The notes under the pieces are model-generated. The model saw only the letters and a program-made list of their open reading frames with translations, did not search any database and had not been told where the DNA came from. DNA of 61,825 nucleotides, filler included, from Thermodesulfobacteriota bacterium (GTDB lineage: Bacteria > DASVDK01): the NCBI GenBank assembly GCA_036381125.1. It is 8 parts of 8 records of this genome, joined end to end, with 100 filler letters (N's around TTAATTAATTAA, not from the genome) between each part and the next. Parts side by side here need not be neighbours in the genome. Positions count along the whole stretch, not along the records: positions 13,779 to 26,159 come from DASVDK010000251.1; positions 26,260 to 32,653 come from DASVDK010000252.1; 6 more parts are not named here. The stretch is one strand, 5' to 3'. The position numbers and the translations under genes are program-made. Positions 20,654-30,408 of the stretch are shown here, piece after piece (the stretch's first letter is position 1; each line of letters opens with the position of its first letter).

Positions 20654-22165
20654 ATGAGGACGCGGATGCGGCTCGCCGTGCTCGGCCTGCACCACGAGAC
20701 GAACACCTTCGCGCCGACCGCGACGACCTGCGAGGACTTCGCCCGCGCGGGGATCCTGCGCGGCGGCGAGGTCGTCCGGGCCTACCGCGACTCCCACGCC
20801 ACGCTCGCCGGCTTCTTCGACGCGGCCGAGCGCCACGGCGCCGACTGCGTCCCCCTGCTCTACACGACCACCGAGCCCTCGGGCACGATCACCGCCGATG
20901 CGTTCGACCGGATCGTCGGCGAGATGCTCGATCGGCTCGCCTCCGGCGGGCCCTGGGACGGCGTCCTGCTGGCGCAGCACGGCGCGGCCGTGGCCGAGGG
21001 CTACCCCGACGCCGACGGCGAGATCGCCGCGCGCGTCCGCGAGGTCGTCGGCCCGGCGGTGCCGATCGGCCTGGCCCTCGACATGCACGCCAACATCTCC
21101 CGGCGCATGATCGAGAACGTGACGGCGACGGTCGTCTACCGGACCAACCCGCACCTCGACCCGCGGCCGCGGGCCTTCGAGTGCGCCGAGATCATCGTCC
21201 GGACCGCGCGCGGCGAGGTGCACCCGGTGCAGGCGCTCGAGACGCCGCCCCTCGTCGTCAACATCGTGCGGCAGTGCACGGACGAGGAGCCGATGCGGAG
21301 CCTGGTGCGCGACGTCGAGTCGGTCATCGACCGCGCGGGCCTTCTGTCGGCGAGCATCGCGGAAGGCTACCCGTACGCCGACGTCCCGGAGATGGGGATG
21401 TCGGTCCTCGCGGTGGCCGACGGCGACCCGGAGGCGGCCCGGGAGGCTGCCCGCTGGCTCGCCGGGCGCGCCTGGGCGCGGCGCGCCGAGATGACCGGTG
21501 CCATCGCGTCGCCCGAGGAGGCGCTCCGCCGGGCGGCCGCGGCCCCGCGGGGTCCGGTCGTGCTCATGGACGTCGGCGACAACATCGGCGGCGGCAGCCC
21601 GGCCGACTCCACGGTCCTCCTCGCGACGGCGAGGCGTCTCGGGGTCCGGGGCCTCCTGCAGACGCTCTACGATCCCGAGGCCGTCGCCGCCTGCGCGGCG
21701 GCCGGCGTCGGGGCCACGGTCCGGCTGCGCGTCGGGGCGAAGACCGACGACCGGCACGGCGAGCCGGTCGAGGTCGAGGGGCGGGTGCGGCTGCTCTCCG
21801 ACGGCCGCTACGAGGACCCCACGCCGACGCACGGCGGCGCCCGCTTCTTCGACGCCGGGCCGACGGCGGTGCTCGAGACGCTCGAGGACCACACGCTCGT
21901 CCTCACGAGCCGGCGCGTCGGGAACACGAGCCGCGAGCAGATGTACGCGCTCGGCATCAGACCCGAGACCAGGCGGGTGGTCGTGGCGAAGGGGGTGGTG
22001 TCGCCCCGGCCGGCCTACGCGCCCATCGCGGCCGAGATCATCCTGGTCGACACGCCCGGGGTGACGAGCGCCGACCTGAGCCGCTTCCGGTACGAGCGGC
22101 GGCGGCGCCCGCTCTACCCGTTCGAGGCGGAGGCCGCCTATCCCGGCGGAGGGATCGCGAGATGA
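20654..22165 (+). CDS. M81 family metallopeptidase/amidohydrolase (MlrC-like)
   Basis: HETNTF; LAQHGA; DADGE; LDMHANIS; YRTNPHLD; DVGDNIGGG. Confidence 0.92.
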   Translation: MRTRMRLAVLGLHHETNTFAPTATTCEDFARAGILRGGEVVRAYRDSHATLAGFFDAAERHGADCVPLLYTTTEPSGTITADAFDRIVGEMLDRLASGGPWDGVLLAQHGAAVAEGYPDADGEIAARVREVVGPAVPIGLALDMHANISRRMIENVTATVVYRTNPHLDPRPRAFECAEIIVRTARGEVHPVQALETPPLVVNIVRQCTDEEPMRSLVRDVESVIDRAGLLSASIAEGYPYADVPEMGMSVLAVADGDPEAAREAARWLAGRAWARRAEMTGAIASPEEALRRAAAAPRGPVVLMDVGDNIGGGSPADSTVLLATARRLGVRGLLQTLYDPEAVAACAAAGVGATVRLRVGAKTDDRHGEPVEVEGRVRLLSDGRYEDPTPTHGGARFFDAGPTAVLETLEDHTLVLTSRRVGNTSREQMYALGIRPETRRVVVAKGVVSPRPAYAPIAAEIILVDTPGVTSADLSRFRYERRRRPLYPFEAEAAYPGGGIAR

Positions 22166-22842
22166 CGGACGACATCGGCGCCGCCCCGGGTAGCGCGGCG
22201 TACTACGACGTTCTCGCCGCGCGCCTCGGCTCGGCGCTGCTGGCCGACATCCTCGACGACCTCGGCGTCCGGGCGAGCGTCATGCGGCACACGATCCGCC
22301 CGCTCTCCGACCGCGCCGTCGCCGTGGGGCGCGCGGCGACGATGCTCGCGGTCGACGTGTACGAGCCGCCGGCGGAGCCCTACCGGCGCCTCATGGAGGG
22401 GCTCGACGCGCTCGAGCCGGGTGCGGTCGTGGTCGTCACGACCAACGGGTCGACGCGGGCGGCCCTCTGGGGCGAGCTGCTGTCGACGGCCGTCGCCAGC
22501 CGCGGCGGCCGCGGCGCGGTGCTCGACGGCTTCACGCGGGACGCGCGTCGGATCGAGGCGATGGGGTTCCCGGTCTTCTGCACCGGGTTCTCGCCGGCCG
22601 ACTCGAAGGGCCGCTGCGAGGTGATCGCGCACGGCGTCACGATCGAGGCGGGAGGCGTCCGCGTGCGGCCGGGGGACCTGGTCTTCGGCGACCGCGACGG
22701 CGTGGTCGTCGTGCCGCAGGAGCTGGAGGCCGACGCGGTCCGGCGAGCCCTCCGGAAGGCGTCCGAGGAGAACAGGGTCCGCGATGCGCTGCGCGGCGGG
22801 ATGCCGGTGACCGAGGCCTTCCGTCGCTACGGCGTGCTCTAG
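22162..22842 (+). CDS. RraA/HMG-aldolase family protein
   Basis: ADILDDLG; ALWGELLSTA; GAVLDGFTRD; VRPGDLVFGDRDGVVVVP; ATGA overlap with the M81 gene. Confidence 0.9.
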   Translation: MTDDIGAAPGSAAYYDVLAARLGSALLADILDDLGVRASVMRHTIRPLSDRAVAVGRAATMLAVDVYEPPAEPYRRLMEGLDALEPGAVVVVTTNGSTRAALWGELLSTAVASRGGRGAVLDGFTRDARRIEAMGFPVFCTGFSPADSKGRCEVIAHGVTIEAGGVRVRPGDLVFGDRDGVVVVPQELEADAVRRALRKASEENRVRDALRGGMPVTEAFRRYGVL

Positions 22843-23005
22843 GGCCTGACTACAAAGGCCGGTAGCGGGAGCAGCCGGGCCGCGCCGGACGACGGCCGGC
22901 GGGTGTGAGGAGGCCGCGGACGAGGCAGAGCGGCTCGGGGCCCCTGCCAGAGCGATGCCACGAGGCTTTGCAGACGCAGCCCAGGACGGCGGAGGGAGCG
23001 ACGAC

Positions 23006-23410
23006 ATGCCGAAGAGCCAGATCACCACGCGCAAGGCGCCGGCGCCGATGGGGCCCTACTCCCAGGGCCTGCGCGCGGGCGACTTCGTCTACGTGTCCGG
23101 TCAGGGGCCGATCGACCCCGAGTCCGGAAAGGTGAAGGGGACGACCATCGAGGAGCAGACGGCCTGCACGCTCGACAACGTGAAGGCCGTCCTCGAGGCG
23201 GCCGGCGCGTCGATGGCCGACGTCGTCAAGGCCACATGCCATCTGGCCGACCTGTCCCACTTCTCGCGGTTCAACGCGGTCTACGAGCGCTACTTCCCCG
23301 AGCCGCGGCCGGTCCGGACGACGGTCGGCAGCCAACTCCTCGGGATCCTGGTCGAGGTCGACGTCGTGGCCTACGTCGGTCCCGACGCGGGCGCCAAGCC
23401 CGGTCGATAG
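23006..23410 (+). CDS. RidA/YjgF family imine deaminase
   Basis: APAPMGPYSQG; YVSGQGPIDP; FNAVY..YF..PRPVRTTV; VEVDVVA. Confidence 0.93.
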   Translation: MPKSQITTRKAPAPMGPYSQGLRAGDFVYVSGQGPIDPESGKVKGTTIEEQTACTLDNVKAVLEAAGASMADVVKATCHLADLSHFSRFNAVYERYFPEPRPVRTTVGSQLLGILVEVDVVAYVGPDAGAKPGR

Positions 23411-23413
23411 ACG

Positions 23414-24520
23414 ATGTCCGCGCTCTTCCCCGACCTCGACACGCCGGCCCTGGTCGTCGACCTCGACGTCATGGAGGCGAACCTCGAGCGCATGGCGGCC
23501 GAGGCCCGGCGCCGGGGGGTGCGGCTCAGGCCCCACACCAAGACGCACAAGGCGCCCTGGATCGCGAGGCGGCAGCTCGAGCTCGGGGCGAGCGGCATCA
23601 CCGTGGCCAAGCTCGGCGAGGCCGAGGTCATGGTCGCGGCCGGGATCCGCGACATCCTCGTCGCCTACCCGATCGTCGGCGAGCGCAAGCTCGAGCGGCT
23701 CGCGGCGCTCGCCGCCGCGGCCGACGTGAAGGTCTCGCTCGACTCGGTCGAGGCGGCCGAAGGGGTGTCCGCGGTCGGCCGCCGGATCGGCCGCCGCGTG
23801 CCGATCTACCTGGAGATCGACACCGGCCTGCGCAGGGTCGGGGTCCTGCCGGGCCGGGAGGCGGTCGAGCTGGCGCGGGCGATGGCGCGCCTGCCGGGGG
23901 TCGAGATCGTCGCGGTGACGACCCACGGCGGCCACGTCGGCGCGGCCGAGAGCGAGGCGGCGCTCGAGGCGGCGTCCCGGGCGCAGGCCCGCGCGCTGGT
24001 CGAGACGGCCGAGGCCCTCCGCGCCGCGGGGATCGGGGTGGTCGACGCGAGCCCCGGCTCGACCCTCTCGGCGCGCTTCGACCTCGACACGCCGGGCGTC
24101 ACCGAGATCCGCCCCGGGACGTACGTCTTCAACGACGCCAACACCGTGCGCCGGTGGTCGGCGTCGCTCGAGACCTGCGCCGCGTTCGTCGTCACCACCG
24201 TCGTGTCGAGGCCGGCGCCGGATCGCGCGGTCGTGGACGCGGGGAGCAAGACGTTCAGCTCGGATCGGCCGGCGGGGGGCGACGAGCACGGCTACGGGAT
24301 CGTCAAGGGGCGGTCGGGACTCGTGCTGGCCAGGCTCACCGAGGAGCACGGCATGCTGCGGGTCGCGGGGGCGGCCTCGGATCTGCGAATCGGCGATCGG
24401 CTGGCGATCGTCCCGAACCACATCTGCACCGCCGTGAACCTCGCGGACGTGCTCTACGGCGTGCGGGACGGTCGGGTGGTGTCGGAGATCGCGGTCGCCG
24501 GTCGCGGGAAGCGTACGTGA
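23414..24520 (+). CDS. Fold-type III PLP enzyme (D-threonine aldolase / Dsd1 D-serine dehydratase family)
   Basis: LDTPALVVD; RPHTKTHK; EIDTG..RVG; EIRPGTYVFND; DAGSK; EEHG; PNHICTAVN. Confidence 0.92.
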   Translation: MSALFPDLDTPALVVDLDVMEANLERMAAEARRRGVRLRPHTKTHKAPWIARRQLELGASGITVAKLGEAEVMVAAGIRDILVAYPIVGERKLERLAALAAAADVKVSLDSVEAAEGVSAVGRRIGRRVPIYLEIDTGLRRVGVLPGREAVELARAMARLPGVEIVAVTTHGGHVGAAESEAALEAASRAQARALVETAEALRAAGIGVVDASPGSTLSARFDLDTPGVTEIRPGTYVFNDANTVRRWSASLETCAAFVVTTVVSRPAPDRAVVDAGSKTFSSDRPAGGDEHGYGIVKGRSGLVLARLTEEHGMLRVAGAASDLRIGDRLAIVPNHICTAVNLADVLYGVRDGRVVSEIAVAGRGKRT

Positions 24521-24546
24521 ACCCCTGGTCACGGAGGAGGTGTCGC

Positions 24547-26094
24547 ATGCGGAGGATCGCGATCGGAGCGCTCGTGCTCGCCCTGAGCCTGTCCGTCGCC
24601 GGCCCGCACCGGGCGGCCGCACAGGAGGGGAAGCCGGGAGGGACGCTGCGCGTGGCCACCATCGGCGAGCCGCCGGGGCTCGATACGATGCTGCCCTACG
24701 GCATCCTGGCGCAGCACATCGGCAAGCACGTCTACGAGAACCTCTTCACCTTCGACGCCAACTGGCGCCCGGTGCCGATGCTCGCCGAGGGCTACACGAC
24801 GAGCGCCGACGGCAAGGTCTACACGATCAGGCTCCGCCGCGGCGTCAGGTTCCACGACGGCTCGACCTTCGACGCGGCCGACGTGGTCGCCTCGCTCCAG
24901 CGCTGGGTGCAGCTCGAGAGCACGGCCAAGTCGCTCCTGGCGCCGAACCTCGAGTCGATCACGGCGGTCGACCCGCAGACGGTCGAGGTGAAGCTCAAGG
25001 CGCCCTCGTCGGTCCTGATCTACATGCTCGCCGCCGACGCGGCGCCCATGTACCCGTCGGAGCTGGTGCAGAAGTTCGGCAGCCAGCCGCTCAAGGAGTA
25101 CGTCGGCACCGGGCCGTATCGCTTCGTGGAGTGGCTTCCCGACCGGCACATCGAGCTGGCCCGGTTCGACGGCTACGCCGCTCGCAGCGAGCCGGCGAGC
25201 GGCTTCGCCGGCAAGCGGGTCGCCTACCACGACACGATCCGCTTCATCCCCGTCCCGGACGTGTCGGTGCGCGTGGCCGGCGTGCAGTCGGGGCAGTACG
25301 ACGTGGCGCTCGACATCAACCCCGACATGTACCAGACCCTCAAGGACGACCAGCGGGTCCGCTCGCTCTTGATCCGCCCCTTCGGGTGGCCGTTCTTCGC
25401 GATGAACAAGGCGCAGGGGCTCTTCGCCGACGTGCGGCTCAGGCGGGCGTTCCTCGCCGCGCTCGACATGGACCAGCTCATGGCGGCCGGCTTCGGCGAC
25501 AAGGCGCTCTACGCGGTCAACGGCAGCATCTACCCGAAGGAGATCACCGACTGGTACACGACGGCCGGAACCGAGCCGTACAACCAGAAGGCGCCGGCCC
25601 GCGCGAAGCGGCTCCTCGAGGAGGCGGGGTACGCCGGCAAGCCGGTCCGGATCGTCACGAGCCGGCAGTACGACTTCCTCTACAAGATCAGCCTCGTGGC
25701 GGCGCAGCAGGCGCGCGCGGCCGGCTTCAACGTGGACCTCCAGGTGGTCGAGTGGGCGACGCTCGTCGAGCGGCGCCAGAAGCCGGATCAGTACGAGATC
25801 TTCGTGACGTTCAACTCCATGTCGCCGGCGCCGCCCCTCTACCAGCTCTGGCTCTTCGAGTTCTGGCCCGGCTGGTGGAAGAACGAGGAGAAGGACCGGC
25901 TCCTCGCACGGTTCGGGGCCGCCACGGACCACGCCAGCCGCGCGGAGATCTGGAGGAACATCCAGGCGCTCATCTGGAGCGAGGTGCCCATCGTCAAGGT
26001 GGGCGACTTCTTCGGCTACGCGCTCGCGTCGCCGAAGCTCGAGGGCGTGCAGGAGATCTACACGATGCCCTTCTGGAACACCTGGACCAGGTAG
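24547..26094 (+). CDS. Peptide/nickel (family 5) ABC substrate-binding protein
   Basis: Sec signal; GGTLRVA; LRRGVRFHDGS.F.A.DV; GTGPY. Confidence 0.92.
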   Translation: MRRIAIGALVLALSLSVAGPHRAAAQEGKPGGTLRVATIGEPPGLDTMLPYGILAQHIGKHVYENLFTFDANWRPVPMLAEGYTTSADGKVYTIRLRRGVRFHDGSTFDAADVVASLQRWVQLESTAKSLLAPNLESITAVDPQTVEVKLKAPSSVLIYMLAADAAPMYPSELVQKFGSQPLKEYVGTGPYRFVEWLPDRHIELARFDGYAARSEPASGFAGKRVAYHDTIRFIPVPDVSVRVAGVQSGQYDVALDINPDMYQTLKDDQRVRSLLIRPFGWPFFAMNKAQGLFADVRLRRAFLAALDMDQLMAAGFGDKALYAVNGSIYPKEITDWYTTAGTEPYNQKAPARAKRLLEEAGYAGKPVRIVTSRQYDFLYKISLVAAQQARAAGFNVDLQVVEWATLVERRQKPDQYEIFVTFNSMSPAPPLYQLWLFEFWPGWWKNEEKDRLLARFGAATDHASRAEIWRNIQALIWSEVPIVKVGDFFGYALASPKLEGVQEIYTMPFWNTWTR

Positions 26095-26111
26095 GGCCGA
26101 CGCACTTGCGT

Positions 26112-26141
26112 CGCGGGGGCCGGCCGAGGCCGGCCCCCGCG
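26112..26141 (+). terminator. GC stem-loop after the SBP gene (mRNA stabiliser or weak terminator)
   Basis: CGCGGGGGCCGGC-CGAG-GCCGGCCCCCGCG; no U-tract. Confidence 0.5.
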
Positions 26142-26259
26142 CCTGACCCGAGGGCGGCANNNNNNNNNNNNNNNNNNNNNNNNNNNNNNNNNNNNNNNNN
26201 NNNTTAATTAATTAANNNNNNNNNNNNNNNNNNNNNNNNNNNNNNNNNNNNNNNNNNNN

Positions 26260-26835
26260 CTCGGCCGCGGGCGGGGGGGGCGTCGCAGCAGGCGGGGGGG
26301 GCGGGGCGGTCGTCGCGGCCGGCGGCGCAGCAGCCTCCGGGATGGGCGAGATCGGCGTCGCGCCGACCAGCCCCGCATCGGCCGACTCGTCGACCACGAC
26401 GGGAGCCGCCGGTTCCGCGGGCTCGGCCGCGGGCGTCGCCGCCACGCGGGCGCCCGGCTCGAGGAACATCGGCGTCTCGCGCATCAACTCGTCGCGGCGC
26501 GCGGGGTCCAGGTCGCGGAAGCCGAGGTCGTCCATCATGAAGCCGAGGCTCTCGGCAAAGGCCATCGCCTCGCCCATGACCTCGTCGAAGCGCGCCTGCG
26601 GGACGCGCCCTCCGTCGTACCGGTAAAAGGCCCCCTTGTTGCTCTCGACGCAATGGAGGTAGATGGAGAAGCTGACCTCGTCGAACCCGTCGCGGTAGGC
26701 GCAGATGTAGGCTCGGGTCGGTTCGACCGGCATGTCGGCCGCCACGACCATGGGCGCATTGAGCGAGGCCACGAGGGCGAGGACCTTGTCGGGCGAAAGC
26801 GGGAGGGACTGCCGCTCGCTGTCGATCTCGAACAT
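26260..26835 (-). CDS. Conserved hypothetical protein resembling the myxobacterial tgl-locus-associated family, followed by a Pro/Ala linker; 3' truncated
   Basis: Recalled pattern MF.ID...SLN.P...IYL...EA..FAESLGFMMDDL.FR.L.P; lies downstream of rlmN-mtnP-pfkB. Confidence 0.6.
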
Positions 26836-26999
26836 GGGGCCTCGCACCTGTCGGACGCCGCGGCGGCCCACCGGCCCGTGTCGACGTCAGACCAGGTTTC
26901 TCAGTAAATTCAAGCGTCTACGCGGTTCGAGGCGCGGACGATATCACAGGGGCGTCGCGGCTGTCAATGGACGACTGCCCCGGTGTCGGAGGGGAGCGC

Positions 27000-27359
27000 A
27001 TGGCCAGGATACTCGTGGTGGACGACGACGAGTCGATCCGGCTCCTCTACCAGGAGGAGCTGCAGCAGGAGGGGCACGAGGTGCTCACGGCGGCCACGGC
27101 GGCGGAGGGGCTCGCGCTGGTGGAGTCGGCCCGGCCCGACCTGGTGACGCTCGACATCAAGATGCCGGGCCAGGACGGCCTCACCGCCCTGCGGGAGTTC
27201 AAGGCCCGGTACCGGAACCTGCCCGTCATCATGTGCACCGCCTACGGGTCGTTCAAGAAGAACTACGCCTCGATCGCCTCGGACGCGTACGTCGTCAAGT
27301 CGGCCGACACGACCGAGCTCAAGAACGCGGTCCGCCGCGTCCTCTCCGGCCGCCGCTAG
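27000..27359 (+). CDS. Single-domain response regulator (REC)
   Basis: ILVVDDD; LVTLDIKMPG; MCTAY; YVVKS; GGAGGGGAG RBS. Confidence 0.92.
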   Translation: MARILVVDDDESIRLLYQEELQQEGHEVLTAATAAEGLALVESARPDLVTLDIKMPGQDGLTALREFKARYRNLPVIMCTAYGSFKKNYASIASDAYVVKSADTTELKNAVRRVLSGRR

Positions 27360-27458
27360 AGCCCTTTGCGGATCAGCCTGCGAGGTAGCCCGAGGGACGG
27401 GAAAACGTCGGGGTCCGACCCCACGCGTGTGCCACGGGCCGCGGCCGACCCGCAGCCC

Positions 27459-28382
27459 CTACGCCAGCTCCTCGAACGCGCAGAGCCGCCGGAAGGCTTC
27501 GTAGCGGGCGCTGATGTCGCCCGGCGCGAGGGCCTTCAGCCGGTCGAGGCTGAACGCCTCGACGTTGAAGGAGGCCATCACGCCGCCGGCCACGATGGCC
27601 CTGCGCAGGGTCGGCTCGTCGAGGCGCCCCTCCCTGGCGACGAAGCCGAGGACGCCCCCGGCGAAGGTGTCCCCCGCCCCGGTCGGGTCGAAGACCGCCT
27701 CGAGCAGGTAGCCTGGCGCCGCGAAGACCCCCTCGCCGTGGAACATGAGGGCGCCGTACTCGCCTCGCTTGACGATCAGGATCCTCGGGCCCATGCCACG
27801 GATGGCCCGGGCGGCCTTCACGAGGTTCGCCTCGCCGGCGAGCTGGCGGGCCTCCGCCTCGTTGATCAGCAGCAGGTCGACCCTGGCGAGGACCCGCCTG
27901 AGGGCGTCGAGCTTGCCCGAGATCCAGAAGTTCATCGTGTCGGCGGCAACGAGCCTCGGCGACCGAACCTGGTCGAGCACGTCCGCCTGCAGTTCCGGGT
28001 CGATGTTGCCGAGGAAGACGTAAGGGCTGTCGCGAAACCCCTCCGGCAGCTCCGGCTTGAACTCGGCGAAGACGTTGAGCTGCGTGTCGAGCGTCCTGGC
28101 CTCGTTGAGGTCGAACCCGTAGCTCCCGGTCCACCGGAAGGTCCGGCCCGGCTTGCGCACGAGCCCGGACAGGTCCACCGGCCGGCCGTCGAGGAAGGCC
28201 AGCGCGTCGGGCGGGAAGTCGTCCCCCACCACCCCCACGACCCGCACCGGCGCGAAGTACGACGCCGAGGTCGAGAAGTAGATGGCCGAGCCGCCGAGCA
28301 CCTCGTTGGCCTTGCCGAAGGGGGTCTCGACCGAGTCGAAGGCGACCGAGCCCACCACGAGGATGGGCGACGCGGACGACAT
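27459..28382 (-). CDS. PfkB family carbohydrate/nucleoside kinase
   Basis: VGSVAFD; LGGSA; GVVGDDF; INEAEA; DPTGAGDTFAGG. Confidence 0.94.
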   Translation of the reverse strand: MSSASPILVVGSVAFDSVETPFGKANEVLGGSAIYFSTSASYFAPVRVVGVVGDDFPPDALAFLDGRPVDLSGLVRKPGRTFRWTGSYGFDLNEARTLDTQLNVFAEFKPELPEGFRDSPYVFLGNIDPELQADVLDQVRSPRLVAADTMNFWISGKLDALRRVLARVDLLLINEAEARQLAGEANLVKAARAIRGMGPRILIVKRGEYGALMFHGEGVFAAPGYLLEAVFDPTGAGDTFAGGVLGFVAREGRLDEPTLRRAIVAGGVMASFNVEAFSLDRLKALAPGDISARYEAFRRLCAFEELA

Positions 28383-28385
28383 CGC

Positions 28386-29258
28386 TCACTGCCCTCCGAG
28401 GTACGGGTCGAGGAAGAGCGCGAGGTCTCGCCGCGTCTCGAACGGGATCAGGTGGCGCTGCGTCATGACGGCGTTCTTGAGCGCCGTCGGGCACGCGCAG
28501 TCGCGCCGGCCCGGCACGCGCGGCACCGTCTCGGCGATGATCCGCTTGGCGGCCGCCACGTTCTTCATGAGGACGGCGATCACCGCCTCGACGGTGACGT
28601 CCTCCTCCTCCTCGTGCCAGCAGTCGTAGTCGGTCACGAGCGCCATCGTGGCGTAGCAGAGCTCCGCCTCGCGCGCGAGCCTGGCCTCGGGGAGGTTCGT
28701 CATGCCGATGACGTCCACGCCCCACTGCCGGAAGATCCGCGACTCGGCCCTGGTCGAGAACTGCGGGCCCTCGATGCAGATGTAGGTCCCGCCCCGGTGG
28801 ACCCTCACGCCGCCCGCGGCCACGGCGCCGTCGTAGAGGGCGCCGGCCAGGACCGGGCAGACCGGGTCGGCGAAGCCGACGTGCCCGACGAGGCCCTTGC
28901 CGAAGAAGGTCGCCGGCCGGTCCCTGGTCCGGTCGAAGAACTGGTCGACGACGACGACGTCGCCCGGGTGAATGTCCTCCCGCATCGACCCCACGGCCGA
29001 CGCCGAGATGACGTGCGTGGCGCCGAGCTTGCGCATCCCCCAGATGTTGGCCCGGAACGGCAGCTCGGACGGCATGAGCCGGTGGCCGCGGCCGTGGCGC
29101 GGGAGGAAGAGGAGCCGCACGCCCAGGTACGTGCCGGCGATGAAGGCGTCCGACGGCGGCCCGAAGGGGGTGTCGAGCCGGATCTCCTCCCGCCCCTCGA
29201 GCCCCTCGAGGTCGTAGAGGCCGCTGCCGCCGATGACGCCGATAACCGGTGCGGTCAC
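28386..29258 (-). CDS. mtnP: S-methyl-5'-thioadenosine phosphorylase
   Basis: IGVIGGSGLY; TPFGPPS; LPRHGRGH; EGPQFSTRAES; IGMT..PE..LAREAELCY; VTDYDCW. Confidence 0.94.
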   Translation of the reverse strand: MTAPVIGVIGGSGLYDLEGLEGREEIRLDTPFGPPSDAFIAGTYLGVRLLFLPRHGRGHRLMPSELPFRANIWGMRKLGATHVISASAVGSMREDIHPGDVVVVDQFFDRTRDRPATFFGKGLVGHVGFADPVCPVLAGALYDGAVAAGGVRVHRGGTYICIEGPQFSTRAESRIFRQWGVDVIGMTNLPEARLAREAELCYATMALVTDYDCWHEEEEDVTVEAVIAVLMKNVAAAKRIIAETVPRVPGRRDCACPTALKNAVMTQRHLIPFETRRDLALFLDPYLGGQ

Positions 29259-30349
29259 GCCCGGGCCGCCAGGCCGACGAGGGGCGAGTCGAGCTCGAGG
29301 CCCTCGGGCGCGCGCTCGCCGAGCTGCCCGCAGGCGGCCGCGATGTCGTCGCCGCGCCGCGTGCGGAGGAAGGCCGTGTACCCGGCCGCCTGGAGGATGT
29401 CCTGGAAGCGGCGCACCCGCGCGTACTCGGGCGCCTTGAAGGGCGAAGCCGGATGCTCGTTCATGGCGATGAGGTTCACTTTGGACGGGATCCCGCGCAA
29501 GAGGGCCGCGAGCCTTCGGGCGTCGGCCTCGGAGTCGTTGACGTCGGCGATGAGCGTGTACTCGAAGGTGATCCGCTGGCGGCTCCCGAGCGGCAGCCGC
29601 CGGCAGGTGTCGAGGAGCGCGTCGAGCGGGTAGCGCCGGTTGATCGGCATGAGCCGGGTGCGCGTCGCGTCGGTCGTGGCGTGGAGCGAGACCGCCAGGT
29701 GGACCTGCGTGTCGCGCGCGAGGCGTTCCATCTCTGGCAGCAGGCCCGAGGTCGACACGGTGATCTTGCGGTGCGAGAACTGCAGGCCGTCGTTCAGCGT
29801 GGCGATCCTGATCGACCTCACCGTGTGCTCGTAGTTGTGGAGCGGCTCCCCCATCCCCATGTAGACGAGGTTGGTGAGCTTCGGCCGGCCGTTCGCCACG
29901 AGCCAGTCGTTGGCCGCGCAGATCTGGTTCACGATCTCGGCGGTCGTGAGGTGCCGCGTGAGGCCGAGGCTTCCCGTGTAGCAGAAGGCGCAGGCGAGCG
30001 CGCAGCCGACCTGCGTCGACAGGCAGAGCGTCTGGCGCCCCTCGTCCGGGATGACCACGCTCTCGATCGTCCCGCCGGGGACCCTGAAGGCGAACTTGAC
30101 CGTGCCGTCCTCGGACACCTGCGTGACGGACGGCTCGAGCGTCGAGACGTAGGCCACCTCGGCGAGCTGCTCGCGGAAGCGCCTGGAGAGGTTCGTCATC
30201 CGGTCGAAGTCGGTCACGCCGTGGGCGTAGATCCACTTGACGAGCTGGCTCGCCCGGTAGGCCGCCTTGTCGAGCGGCCGCAGGAAGTCCTGCAGCTCGT
30301 GGAGCGCCAGCGACTTGAGGTCCGTCTTGCGCGTGGCCGATGTCGTCAA
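29255..30349 (-). CDS. rlmN: 23S rRNA/tRNA m2A radical SAM methyltransferase (start approximate, TTG)
   Basis: CLSTQVGCALACAFCYTG; YMGMGEPL; LAVSLHA; FEY; RGDDIAAACGQL. Confidence 0.95.
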   Translation of the reverse strand: MTTSATRKTDLKSLALHELQDFLRPLDKAAYRASQLVKWIYAHGVTDFDRMTNLSRRFREQLAEVAYVSTLEPSVTQVSEDGTVKFAFRVPGGTIESVVIPDEGRQTLCLSTQVGCALACAFCYTGSLGLTRHLTTAEIVNQICAANDWLVANGRPKLTNLVYMGMGEPLHNYEHTVRSIRIATLNDGLQFSHRKITVSTSGLLPEMERLARDTQVHLAVSLHATTDATRTRLMPINRRYPLDALLDTCRRLPLGSRQRITFEYTLIADVNDSEADARRLAALLRGIPSKVNLIAMNEHPASPFKAPEYARVRRFQDILQAAGYTAFLRTRRGDDIAAACGQLGERAPEGLELDSPLVGLAARA

Positions 30350-30408
30350 GTCCGCATCCGGTGAGGAGATTTCGAACCAGAAGAGGGTACCCGCCGCGGC
30401 GGGCGGTG

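Noticed and set aside
20654..22165. Microcystin degradation cluster
   Set aside because: Only an MlrC-family gene is present, with no mlrA- or mlrB-like neighbours; the M81 family is widespread
22956..22972. Sigma54 promoter upstream of ridA (TGCCACGAGGCTTTGCA)
   Set aside because: Lacks the invariant -24 GG and the spacing is one base off
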